A DNA stretch of 64,000 bases from Verrucomicrobiia bacterium. GTDB lineage: Bacteria; Verrucomicrobiota; Verrucomicrobiia; Limisphaerales; UBA11358. The stretch covers positions 4,824 through 68,823 of the forward strand of contig JANWKE010000093.1 of assembly GCA_025451535.1 (NCBI GenBank), written 5' to 3'. The position numbers were made by a program, and so were the translations under genes. A model generated the notes under the pieces. That model was given only the letters and a program-made list of their open reading frames with translations, did no database searches and was not told the DNA's origin. Of the stretch, positions 45,639 through 54,920 are shown one piece after another (position 1 is the first letter of the stretch; each line of letters begins with the position of its first letter).

Positions 45639-48053
45639 TCATTCAAAATCAATCTTCGACCAATAACAGTGTAACTCATTCTCGTCGTTCTTTTCAACGG
45701 ACAAGGTTTGCAGCACAAGGCCGGACGCGTTAAGACCCTCCAAATCAATCTGGACTTCTTGTTTTTCCCGGTGGGCTTTTTGCGCTGCCGGGTCAAGTTG
45801 TCGCGACCACAGCAGATGCCCCTGCCCTTGCCGGTCCATGGCCAACGCTCGAAAAACGACCTTCGCGGCGCCCCGTGGTCCCATTTTCTCCCACTCGCGA
45901 ATGCCAAAACCAACCTTCAAATGCCTGGCCTCCCCCGGAACGGCAAACAAAATTCCCGAGTCCCGCGGAACCTCCAGGATAGTCCCTTCCCCGGGATAAT
46001 ATGCCATTTGCGGCATGTAATCCGCTTTCAATAGTTGTGAGCCACGCAAGGCCTTCTCCAACCGCGTTAATGGCCGGAACCCCATGACGTCTTCGAGATT
46101 TTGCCTGGGATATTCCAGCCGATATAAGCGAAGCCGCACCGGGTTTTGGTAACAGGCTGCCGAAGCCCCGTCGGCCGAGGTAATCCTCAGGGAGGTCACC
46201 TCACTATCTGACAAATCGCTTGAGGCGTCGGTGGAAGCGAGCAAGGCAAACGAGGCACACCCTTCAACGAGCGGCGACAACAAAAACCCGCCGCGTGCCA
46301 TGCCGGGAACCAAACGCTTCTGAAAGGGTTGCCGTTGACTGCGTGTGGACACGTCCAGTAAGAGGATGGGCGGCTTGTAAAGTGTCGAAATCACGGTACC
46401 CCACCAGGTGTGGTTGAGTTCAATTTTGGCCCAGATCGGGCCATTCGTTGCTGATGGCACATCAATTTGTTCCCCAAAGTTGATGGAAATGTCTTCAAGC
46501 GGGACCAGCTGGTATTGCCTGGGCTGGAGCGATTGTTTCAAGAGGACAAAAGAAACTTCAGCATCCCGAACATCATACCGCGTCAGCAATTCCGGCCAGG
46601 AAAGACCATCATCCAACGACGGAAAACGATCATCGATGGTTAACCCGTCGTCCCGTGGCGGGAAACGCTCATTTGAACTCGATCCCTCGATCAGAATATT
46701 CTGCGGTGCGTTTTCGCCGTGAAGGAAATCGGCATTCAGTTGCGCCAGTTCCGGTGTGTAGGCGGAAAAACTTTGTATCACCGGCCTCGGGTGATAACTC
46801 AGGCCATAGGCAAAAATGACGTCCAGATTCCAGGGATAAGCATCGATATTCCCTTCGATGGGAGGAAGCGGGAATTGATTTCGCAGGTCGGCGAGATGCC
46901 TTTCATAGGCTTCATGCAAACGTCCGCCGCCAATCAGCCCCCCCGGTCCGGAAAATCCTTGAATGCCTGACATCTTCGAAATGCCCGGCAATAGTCCAGT
47001 TCCGGCGTCGTGGCGGTAAGTGAAGGATAAAAAAAGAAAGACGGCCACGGTCGGTACCAGGCCGGCAACAACCGCCCATTGCCCCTTTTTCCGCGCGATG
47101 GACCAGAGCGCGGCCACTGAGGCCAAAGAGACAAGCAGAAGACCTTTCACGGCCCACCAATCGTGCGCGTCATGCCGCACGTAGCCATACTTGAAATCCG
47201 TAAAAAGGATGAAACACACTCCCACCCAGGGAATGATTCCCCAAAAACGATGACGCATCCACGCAGCATATCCCGTGACTGCACTCACCATCATGGCCGC
47301 AACCAAAAAATAACAAATATCCTGAACTTCGTTCGAACCGGTCAACATCATGGCTTCGGTGTAACCATTTGAAATCTGCCAAGAGTGCCGGAGATACGAA
47401 CCGAAATTACCCGGGTGTTGGCCCGCTGCGATCCAAAAGCCTAAATGACCCGCGGCAAACACTGGCAGAATCCAGGGGAAACGCCGCTGCCGCAGGATGT
47501 TGTCCAACACAATTGCCGCCACGGACATCACCGTGAGGACAAAGATGATAAATTGAGTCAGGCTCAACAGGCTCATGGATATCACGAGCAAGGCCTGGAT
47601 TATCGAAAACGGACGGTCCTCCACAAAAAAATGCACCAACAGCAGCAATAAAACCCAGGCCGCGGTCAGGTCGGCCGTAGCCGTAAATATCATCAGCCAA
47701 AACCAGGAAATGAATTTATTTTCAAATAGGGCGTGGGCAATCCGCCACGCCGCCCACCAGAACACGACGGAAAGGACCAGCCAGGCAATCAGAGTGACCT
47801 GGTAAGTTGCCGGATAATACCCGCCATAAAGAAGAAATCCCCAGGGGCCGAAAGTGAAAACAATGTCGTGGCCAAACTGCCAATGCCCGAGAAAAGCCAG
47901 GTGCTGAACCTGGATCCAGGAATCATCCAGAATCTGATTGCTCGTGCGCGCCCCCCATGGCACGAATCGAAACAATGTGAAAAGCAGCGTGCTCGCCCCG
48001 GCCAGCCACTGGGCTAAAAGCTGTCCGCGAGCCATCTGTGCAGGAGAATTCAC
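45639..48053 (-). CDS. large polytopic membrane protein of unknown function
   Basis: 804 aa with at least 10 hydrophobic helices in the first 400 residues or so, followed by a soluble domain of about 400 aa. No motif recognised. Confidence 0.7.
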   Translation of the reverse strand: MNSPAQMARGQLLAQWLAGASTLLFTLFRFVPWGARTSNQILDDSWIQVQHLAFLGHWQFGHDIVFTFGPWGFLLYGGYYPATYQVTLIAWLVLSVVFWWAAWRIAHALFENKFISWFWLMIFTATADLTAAWVLLLLLVHFFVEDRPFSIIQALLVISMSLLSLTQFIIFVLTVMSVAAIVLDNILRQRRFPWILPVFAAGHLGFWIAAGQHPGNFGSYLRHSWQISNGYTEAMMLTGSNEVQDICYFLVAAMMVSAVTGYAAWMRHRFWGIIPWVGVCFILFTDFKYGYVRHDAHDWWAVKGLLLVSLASVAALWSIARKKGQWAVVAGLVPTVAVFLFLSFTYRHDAGTGLLPGISKMSGIQGFSGPGGLIGGGRLHEAYERHLADLRNQFPLPPIEGNIDAYPWNLDVIFAYGLSYHPRPVIQSFSAYTPELAQLNADFLHGENAPQNILIEGSSSNERFPPRDDGLTIDDRFPSLDDGLSWPELLTRYDVRDAEVSFVLLKQSLQPRQYQLVPLEDISINFGEQIDVPSATNGPIWAKIELNHTWWGTVISTLYKPPILLLDVSTRSQRQPFQKRLVPGMARGGFLLSPLVEGCASFALLASTDASSDLSDSEVTSLRITSADGASAACYQNPVRLRLYRLEYPRQNLEDVMGFRPLTRLEKALRGSQLLKADYMPQMAYYPGEGTILEVPRDSGILFAVPGEARHLKVGFGIREWEKMGPRGAAKVVFRALAMDRQGQGHLLWSRQLDPAAQKAHREKQEVQIDLEGLNASGLVLQTLSVEKNDENELHCYWSKIDFE

Positions 48054-48159
48054 TCAGTCAATCACACATGATTTCTTTTCCCGCCATCAGAGTCAAGTGC
48101 GGCAAAAAGTGGGACTGGAAATTCAAAAATGCCAGCTCCGATCCGGATACTGACGAACC

Positions 48160-51100
48160 TCACCGTTCCTGTTTTCCGGCAACGGCCTTCACGCAGCGAC
48201 CGCAAATGGTCGGATGTGCCGGATTTGAGCCCACATCCGTTTCCCAATGCCAGCAGCGCTCGCATTTCTGGCCGTCAGCATGAATGACTAAATCTGCATC
48301 TTTATCGTTGGTTATTTCAAACTGGGAAACATTTAGAAGTTCTCGAAACGCTTCGAGAACACTTTTATCAGCAGTTAACTTTGAAAGGAAATTATGCTCG
48401 GCGAATAAGCGGATTTTCGCTTCAAGCGTTTTGCCGATAACCTTTTCATTGCGTTTAGCTTCAAGTTTTGGAAGTAAGGCTTCACGAAAATCTAAGAGTG
48501 TGTTCCAGAGTTCGACCTCTTTTTCAGCCCTCATAAACGGCCTTGGTTTCCATATACTTGCATGAACCGAATCAGAAGTCTTGGCTGGCACTAACTCCCA
48601 TGCCTCATCAGAAGTAAAAGTAAGAATCGGGGCAAACATTTGGCATAAACCTATCACCATTCTGTAGAGCGCTGTTTGTGTCGAACGTCGGCGATGTGAA
48701 TTTGCTGCATCTGTATAAAGCCGATCTTTAATAACGTCATGGTAAAGCGCTGAAAGTTCTACTGAGACAAATTGTCTGAGATGTTGATAAACGCTGTGAA
48801 ATTCGTATTTGTCGTAAGCTACAATGACCTCGTTTTCGAGCTTTGAGAATTCGTCGAGAATCCAACGGTCAAGGCTGGTGAGTTTGTCGTCGGGGACGGT
48901 GTGTTTCGCTGGATCAAAGTCGTAGAGATTCGAAAGTTGGTAGCGCAACGTGTTGCGCAATTTTGTGTACGTTTCAGTCACCTTCTTAAGACGCTCTTCG
49001 CTAACGATGATATCGTTGCGGTAATCTTGCGAAGCTACCCACAGGCGGATGATGTCCGCGCCATGTTTTTTCACGTAGACTTCGGAGGTCTGTGGCTTCT
49101 CATAGCCGCCCTGCCCTTGCTTGCTCTTGGAGATCTTTTCGCGGTCGGCATCTACCATGAAACCATGCGTCAGAACTGTTTTGTACGGTGCCGGCCCTAA
49201 ACCCGTTTTAAAAGGAAAAGTACCATTTCCGGCTATCGAAAGCAGTAGTGACGATTGAAACCAACCGCGATGTTGATCGCTCCCTTCGAGGTAAACATCG
49301 GCTCGCCAAATATCGTCACCAGTTTCGTTTTCATGATGCAGTTCTTTGCGGGCTTTCAAAACAGCTTTAGATGAAGAACCAGAATCGATCCACACATCAA
49401 GTGTATCAACGGATTTAGATTCAGGTGTTTGATCGTCGTAATTTGCTGGCTTCAATAAAGCCCAAAGTTCAGAGCAAGATTTCTTAAACCAAATGTTGGA
49501 ACCTTGTTTTTCGACTAAATCAGCAAACGTTCGAATAATGCTGGGATACAATATAGGTTGCCCGTCATGCTTGTAAAAACAGGGGATTGGCACGCCCCAT
49601 GACCTTTGGCGTGAGATACACCAATCTGGACGAGACTGAACAGCACCTAAAATACGATTTTGTCCCCATTCTGGAATCCAACTAATTCTTGAAATCTGCT
49701 TTTGTGCTGCCAACTTCAGGCTTTCACCTTCCTCGAAAGCTTCTCCCGCTTCAGGGCGTACGTACGTAGCTTGTTTTGATTTCCGATGTGATTCTTGTTC
49801 GTTTGGTGCTTTATCAATAGCGATAAACCACTGATTCATCGCGCGGAAGATAACAGGCGTTTTGCTACGCCAACAATGCGGATAGCTGTGATGGTAATCT
49901 TCTTGGTGCAGCAACGCATTTTTTATACGCAACAGTGAGAGAACGGCTTCATTCGCCTCACTCGGCTTGCCTTTTTTTTCCAAGAGCGATTTACCAATCA
50001 AAGAATCGGGCATTTGTTCTTCGCTTGGAAAATCATCCGTCCAAGCAAGAACGCCATGATCGGTCACCGGAGAATAAATTTTTAAGCTGTTTTGCAAACC
50101 GAGATTGTAGTCGTCTAAGCCGTGACCTGGCGCGATGTGGACAAAGCCTGTACCTGTTTCGCTGGTGACGAAATTATCGCCTGCAAAAAGCTGTCCCTTC
50201 CGTTTGATAAACGGATGTTCGTAGCACAAAAATGCAAATGTGTAACCCGGATAATTCGGTGACAAAATTTTGGCGTTTTTTAGCCCAGCGTTCTCTATAA
50301 CTTTTTGGGCTAAATCACTCGAAACCAGCAAATGCTCAATTCCGTTTTCAGTTTCATGCTGGATGAAGCAATAAATCAGGTTGCTATTGAATGCCACCGC
50401 AAGATTTGCAGGCAGCGTCCACGGTGTCGTGGTCCAAATTAAGACAAAGGCATTTTGGGGAATTAAGTTTTTGATTTCTTTTGGGGAATTTTCAACATCA
50501 ATCCAAAACTTCACGAAGACGCTCGAGCTGACATGGTCCTTGTATTCAACTTCGGCCTCGGCCAGCGCGGTGCTGCATACGATACACCAATATACCGGCT
50601 TCTTTGCACGATAAACGAAGCCTTTCTCCACGATGTCCGCAAATAGCCGCAACTCTTCAGCCTCGTATTTTCTGTCGAGTGTTAAATATGGATTGTCCCA
50701 ATCACCAAACACGCCAAGGCGTTTGAATTGGCCGCGCTGAACATCAATGAAATGTTTGGCGTATTCTTCGCACTTCGCGCGGACTTTTTCAGGAGACATG
50801 AATTGCTGTTGCTCGGAATGTTTAATCCCTTTCTCAACTGAAGCAGGGTCGGTTTTGTCTTTCCATAACTCTTCGCATTCTTTCCGAATTTGCGGCCATT
50901 GAGCTTCAAACTCCTTGCGCATTTCCTGGGAAACCTTGAATTCGATGGGCAAACCGTGGCAGTCCCAGCCCGGCACATATGGCGCGCTGAAACCGCGCAA
51001 GGTTTTGTATTTGACGATGATGTCCTTGAGAATCTTGTTCAATGCGGTCCCGATGTGGACATCGCCATTCGCGAACGGTGGGCCGTCGTGCAGGACAAAT

Positions 51101-51249
51101 TTTACCTTTGCCTGGGCGCGAGCGGCCTGGATTTTCCCGTAAAGGCCGGCGGTTTCCCACTTTTTCAGCCGTTCCGGCTCCCGGGTGACGAGGTCGGCCT
51201 TCATGGGGAAATCGGTTCGAGGCAGATTTAATGTGTTTTTATAGTCCAT
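48160..51249 (-). CDS. ileS: isoleucine--tRNA ligase (type 1, with C-terminal zinc-binding motif)
   Basis: N-terminus MDYKNTLNLPRTDFPMKA, HIGH-type PPFANGDVHIGT, GWDCHGLPIE, KMSKS-type KISKSK, and C-terminal CERCWHW...CGRC. Confidence 0.95.
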   Translation of the reverse strand: MDYKNTLNLPRTDFPMKADLVTREPERLKKWETAGLYGKIQAARAQAKVKFVLHDGPPFANGDVHIGTALNKILKDIIVKYKTLRGFSAPYVPGWDCHGLPIEFKVSQEMRKEFEAQWPQIRKECEELWKDKTDPASVEKGIKHSEQQQFMSPEKVRAKCEEYAKHFIDVQRGQFKRLGVFGDWDNPYLTLDRKYEAEELRLFADIVEKGFVYRAKKPVYWCIVCSTALAEAEVEYKDHVSSSVFVKFWIDVENSPKEIKNLIPQNAFVLIWTTTPWTLPANLAVAFNSNLIYCFIQHETENGIEHLLVSSDLAQKVIENAGLKNAKILSPNYPGYTFAFLCYEHPFIKRKGQLFAGDNFVTSETGTGFVHIAPGHGLDDYNLGLQNSLKIYSPVTDHGVLAWTDDFPSEEQMPDSLIGKSLLEKKGKPSEANEAVLSLLRIKNALLHQEDYHHSYPHCWRSKTPVIFRAMNQWFIAIDKAPNEQESHRKSKQATYVRPEAGEAFEEGESLKLAAQKQISRISWIPEWGQNRILGAVQSRPDWCISRQRSWGVPIPCFYKHDGQPILYPSIIRTFADLVEKQGSNIWFKKSCSELWALLKPANYDDQTPESKSVDTLDVWIDSGSSSKAVLKARKELHHENETGDDIWRADVYLEGSDQHRGWFQSSLLLSIAGNGTFPFKTGLGPAPYKTVLTHGFMVDADREKISKSKQGQGGYEKPQTSEVYVKKHGADIIRLWVASQDYRNDIIVSEERLKKVTETYTKLRNTLRYQLSNLYDFDPAKHTVPDDKLTSLDRWILDEFSKLENEVIVAYDKYEFHSVYQHLRQFVSVELSALYHDVIKDRLYTDAANSHRRRSTQTALYRMVIGLCQMFAPILTFTSDEAWELVPAKTSDSVHASIWKPRPFMRAEKEVELWNTLLDFREALLPKLEAKRNEKVIGKTLEAKIRLFAEHNFLSKLTADKSVLEAFRELLNVSQFEITNDKDADLVIHADGQKCERCWHWETDVGSNPAHPTICGRCVKAVAGKQER

Positions 51250-51329
51250 CGTGACATTCAGAAGGGACGAAGCTAACAGCCGGGAAAAATGGTGTCAACG
51301 AACGCGCAGGGCAGTTCGGACTCGGCCTG

Positions 51330-51378
51330 AAAAAGAAAAACCGGGTCAAACGGCCAGGGGGTGGCCGAGAGACCCGGG
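51330..51378 (-). terminator. intrinsic-terminator-like hairpin plus U-tract in the ileS leader
   Basis: The minus strand reads ccccgggtc-tctc-ggcca-ccccc-tggcc-gttt-gacccgg followed by tttttcttttt. The U-tract ends about 80 nt upstream of the ileS ATG. Confidence 0.6.
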
Positions 51379-51512
51379 GAATTTTCGAGAGTACGTACGT
51401 AGGATCACGAAGAACTCCAATCCGGGAGCGTACCCATACCCGGATCGAAAACTGTTATAGAAATTCAAAGAACGCCGTCGACAGACCCTATATCCCGTCG
51501 CACCTTGCGGAC

Positions 51513-51541
51513 ATAAAATCATAAATGCTTATCCATGTCAA
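51513..51541 (-). promoter_or_regulatory. candidate sigma-70 promoter reading toward the terminator and ileS
   Basis: On the minus strand, TTGACA (51541-51536) has a 17-nt spacer to TTTTAT (51518-51513). A second candidate, TTGACA (51298-51293) with a 17-nt spacer to TAGCTT (51275-51270), lies between the terminator and the ileS ATG. Confidence 0.4.
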
Positions 51542-51671
51542 CCTGGCTTGGTAAAGTATAAGCAACAATTGTTCATACCGCCTATCCCATAAGCGTGATC
51601 GGCAAATAATGCGGGTTTTCCTGTTCTTTACCAATTTAGGGGGAGAGGAAACGACAAGTCGAAGATTCCTG

Positions 51672-52068
<397 letters not shown>

Positions 52069-52527
52069 ACGATGATTGAGCAGAATAAGACCGGACGGAA
52101 GATTCTTTGTCTGAGAGCCAAATTTTGATTTACAGAAGTGGTCAGCAAAATTGTAAAATCATTTTGATTTAGCCGGGTAGAAGGCGGTTGTGAATAAGTC
52201 GTGAATAAAAGTTAATATGTTGTCCTAGAAACGTTCGGCCGTTTTGCGTAAAAAGTTCGCGTACGCAAAAAGTTGGTCGTGATGTTTCAAAGGTTTTAGA
52301 AGACGCAGAATCAGAGTTTTGGTCTTATAATTCGCAACATGTTACAAATCAGTGCATTGCATTGATGTTGGAGCAACGGTTTTGATGAATAAGAGCGTGG
52401 GTGTGAACGCTTTATCGAAACAGTGAGTTTGAAGCGGCGCAAGTGAGCATGGCGGGCGAAGTCAAACGCCAATTTTAGGGCTAGGTGAATAAAACACTTA
52501 AAAAACGGGCTTTTTGACAAAACGCAA
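52069..52527. other. candidate oriC / dnaA control region (AT-rich, with DnaA-box-like repeats)
   Basis: Four same-orientation boxes are present: TGTGAATAA 52189-52197, CGTGAATAA 52200-52208 (11-bp phasing), GATGAATAA 52384-52392 and GGTGAATAA 52484-52492. The AT-rich 11-mer ATTTTGATTTA is repeated at 52122-52132 and 52161-52171. The region lies directly upstream of dnaA. Confidence 0.55.
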
Positions 52528-53898
52528 ATGCAGCTTTCGGTAGAAAAAATTTGGAATTCAGCGCGGGAACACCTTCGTTCCAGGTTGAATGCAGACACTT
52601 ACAACATGTGGTTCGCGCCGTTGCGCGCCAATGCGGTTGACCCCAACTGCGTTATTTTGGAGGTAGCCAACGAATTCTGCGAGGTCTGGCTCAAGGACAA
52701 TTATCTCAGCCTGTTGCAGGATGCCCTGACCGTCGCCGCCGGGCGCCAGTTGCAGATAAAATTCAAAATCGTCACCGGCAACGGCGCCCAGGCACTTCCC
52801 GCGCCCGCTCCTTCAGCGCCGGTTAAATCAACCCGAACGGCCGAGTCCAGCCATGAACGCACGCCGCATAATGGGGAAATCAGTTTCAACCCCAAAAACA
52901 CGTTCGAGACTTTCGTCGTCGGCAACAACAACAATTTCGCTTACGCCGCCGCGCTGGCCGTCGCCCAGGCACCCGGTAAATCCTATAACCCGCTTTTCCT
53001 CTACGGCGGGGTCGGCCTCGGCAAGACCCACCTCCTCCACGCCATCGGCCAGTACGTCGCCAGCAACAAGAAGAGCGCCCGCGTGGCCTATGTCTCGTCC
53101 GAAAAATTCACCAACGAATACATTGATGGCATTCAAAACAACCAATTGGCCCGGTTTCGCAAGAAATACCGCCAAACCGACGTGCTGTTGATTGACGACA
53201 TCCAGTTTCTGGCGGGCAAGGAACGCATTCAGGAGGAATTTTTCCACACGTTCAACGCGTTGCACGAGGCGCACAAACAGATCGTGCTCACCTGCGACCG
53301 CCCGGCCAGTGAAATCCAGGGACTGGAACACCGCCTCGTCTCCCGCTTCGAATGGGGTCTGGTCACCGATTTGCAGCCGCCGGACATCGAAATGCGCCTT
53401 GCCATTCTCAACAAAAAGGCACAGCTCATGGGCGTCACGTTGCCGGAGGATATCTTGAATTTCCTCGCCAGCCGCATTCGTACGAACGTCCGCCGGCTGG
53501 AAGGCGCGCTCATTCGGGTTGCGTCCTACGCCTCGCTCACCGGCAAAAAGCTGAGCATCGAAGTGGTCGAAGGCCTGTTGCGCGAAATCCTCCACGAGGA
53601 AGGCCGGCTCTCCATCAGCATCGAAGTCATCCAGAAGCGCGTGGCCGAGCACTTCGATATCCGTCTCGCCGACATGACCAGCAAACGCCGCCCGGAAAAC
53701 ATTGCCTTTCCTCGTCAGGTGGCCATGTATTTGTCACGCCAGATGACCGAAAGCTCGCTCAATACCATTGGCGAGGCCTTTGGTGGCCGCGATCATGGCA
53801 CCGTCCTCCACGCCTGCCGCCTCGTGAAAGACCGCATGGAAGTGGACTCGAATGTCCGTCAGGTCGTCCATTACCTCGAAAAGCAGTTGATGCGCTGA
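52528..53898 (+). CDS. dnaA: chromosomal replication initiator protein DnaA
   Basis: N-terminus WNSAREHLRSRLNADTYNMWF, Walker A LYGGVGLGKTHLL, Walker B VLLIDDIQF, and the domain IV block FPRQVAMYLSRQMTESSLNTIGEAFGGRDHGTVLHA. Confidence 0.96.
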   Translation: MQLSVEKIWNSAREHLRSRLNADTYNMWFAPLRANAVDPNCVILEVANEFCEVWLKDNYLSLLQDALTVAAGRQLQIKFKIVTGNGAQALPAPAPSAPVKSTRTAESSHERTPHNGEISFNPKNTFETFVVGNNNNFAYAAALAVAQAPGKSYNPLFLYGGVGLGKTHLLHAIGQYVASNKKSARVAYVSSEKFTNEYIDGIQNNQLARFRKKYRQTDVLLIDDIQFLAGKERIQEEFFHTFNALHEAHKQIVLTCDRPASEIQGLEHRLVSRFEWGLVTDLQPPDIEMRLAILNKKAQLMGVTLPEDILNFLASRIRTNVRRLEGALIRVASYASLTGKKLSIEVVEGLLREILHEEGRLSISIEVIQKRVAEHFDIRLADMTSKRRPENIAFPRQVAMYLSRQMTESSLNTIGEAFGGRDHGTVLHACRLVKDRMEVDSNVRQVVHYLEKQLMR

Positions 53899-53941
53899 TT
53901 CCGCGCTCGACACTTTTCGCCCGCCACTCAACACTTCTTTC

Positions 53942-54919
53942 ATGCCGGTCATTGAAGTCAACGGCCTGACCAAGGCTTTTCGCACCTACAAGAAGCAGCC
54001 CGGTTTTGCGGGTGCGGTCAAGGGGCTTTTTCACCGGCAGTACGAGCAAACCGTTGCCGTCAACGACGTGCATTTCCAGATTGAACCGGGCGAACTGGTC
54101 GGCTTCCTTGGTCCGAATGGCGCCGGCAAGACCACCACGCTCAAAATGCTCGCCGGCCTGCTTTATCCGACGGGCGGCTCGGCCAAAGTCCTCGGTTACA
54201 CGCCCTGGGAACGTGCTGACGGCTACCGGCGGCAGTTCGCGCTCGTCCTCGGCCAAAAAAACCAGCTCTGGTGGGACTTGCCCGCCCGCGAATCGCTGGA
54301 ATTAAACGCGAAAATCTACGGCATCCCCGCTGACCGTTTTGAGCGCACCGTCGCTGAAATGAGTGAACTCCTCGCCGTCAAGGAAAAGCTCAACGTCAGC
54401 GTGCGCGAACTTTCCCTCGGCGAACGTATGAAAATGGAGCTGATTGCGTCTTTGCTCCATCAGCCCAGAGTGCTTTTCCTCGACGAACCGACCATCGGGC
54501 TGGATGTTATTTCGCAAAAAACCGTCCGTGAATTCATCCGCCGCCACAACGCCGAGCAAAAAACCACGATTCTGCTCACCAGCCACTACATGGCCGACAT
54601 CCAGGCGCTCTGCCAGCGCGTTATCATCATCGACCACGGCAATATTTTCTTCGACGGCCGACTTGACGAAATTGTGGACCGCTTCGCCGATTTCAAATTC
54701 GTCACGATTCAATGCGCCAGCACGGAGGCGCACCCGCATGAAAATCTTTCGCGCTACGGCGAAGTTGTGGAAAAGACGCCGAGCGCCATCACCCTCAAGG
54801 TCAAGCGCGACCGCGTGATTGCCGTCTGCAAATCATTGCTGGACGACCTGCCGGTAACGGATATTGACATCCAGGAAGTGCCGATTGAAGACGTCATCCG
54901 CCAGATTTTCGCGCGATGA
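53942..54919 (+). CDS. ABC transporter ATP-binding protein (ABC-2-type) with no adjacent permease gene
   Basis: Walker A GPNGAGKTT, signature LSLGERMKM, Walker B VLFLDEPTIGLD, H-loop LTSHYM, and a C-terminal extension of about 90 aa. Confidence 0.9.
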   Translation: MPVIEVNGLTKAFRTYKKQPGFAGAVKGLFHRQYEQTVAVNDVHFQIEPGELVGFLGPNGAGKTTTLKMLAGLLYPTGGSAKVLGYTPWERADGYRRQFALVLGQKNQLWWDLPARESLELNAKIYGIPADRFERTVAEMSELLAVKEKLNVSVRELSLGERMKMELIASLLHQPRVLFLDEPTIGLDVISQKTVREFIRRHNAEQKTTILLTSHYMADIQALCQRVIIIDHGNIFFDGRLDEIVDRFADFKFVTIQCASTEAHPHENLSRYGEVVEKTPSAITLKVKRDRVIAVCKSLLDDLPVTDIDIQEVPIEDVIRQIFAR

Positions 54920-54920
54920 T

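Noticed and set aside
51250-51545. A T-box riboswitch upstream of ileS.
   Set aside because: ileS is a classic T-box target and a leader terminator is present. However, I could not find the conserved T-box sequence (GGUGGUACCGCG-like) or an obvious specifier-loop architecture on the ileS strand. I report it only as a generic terminator/leader.
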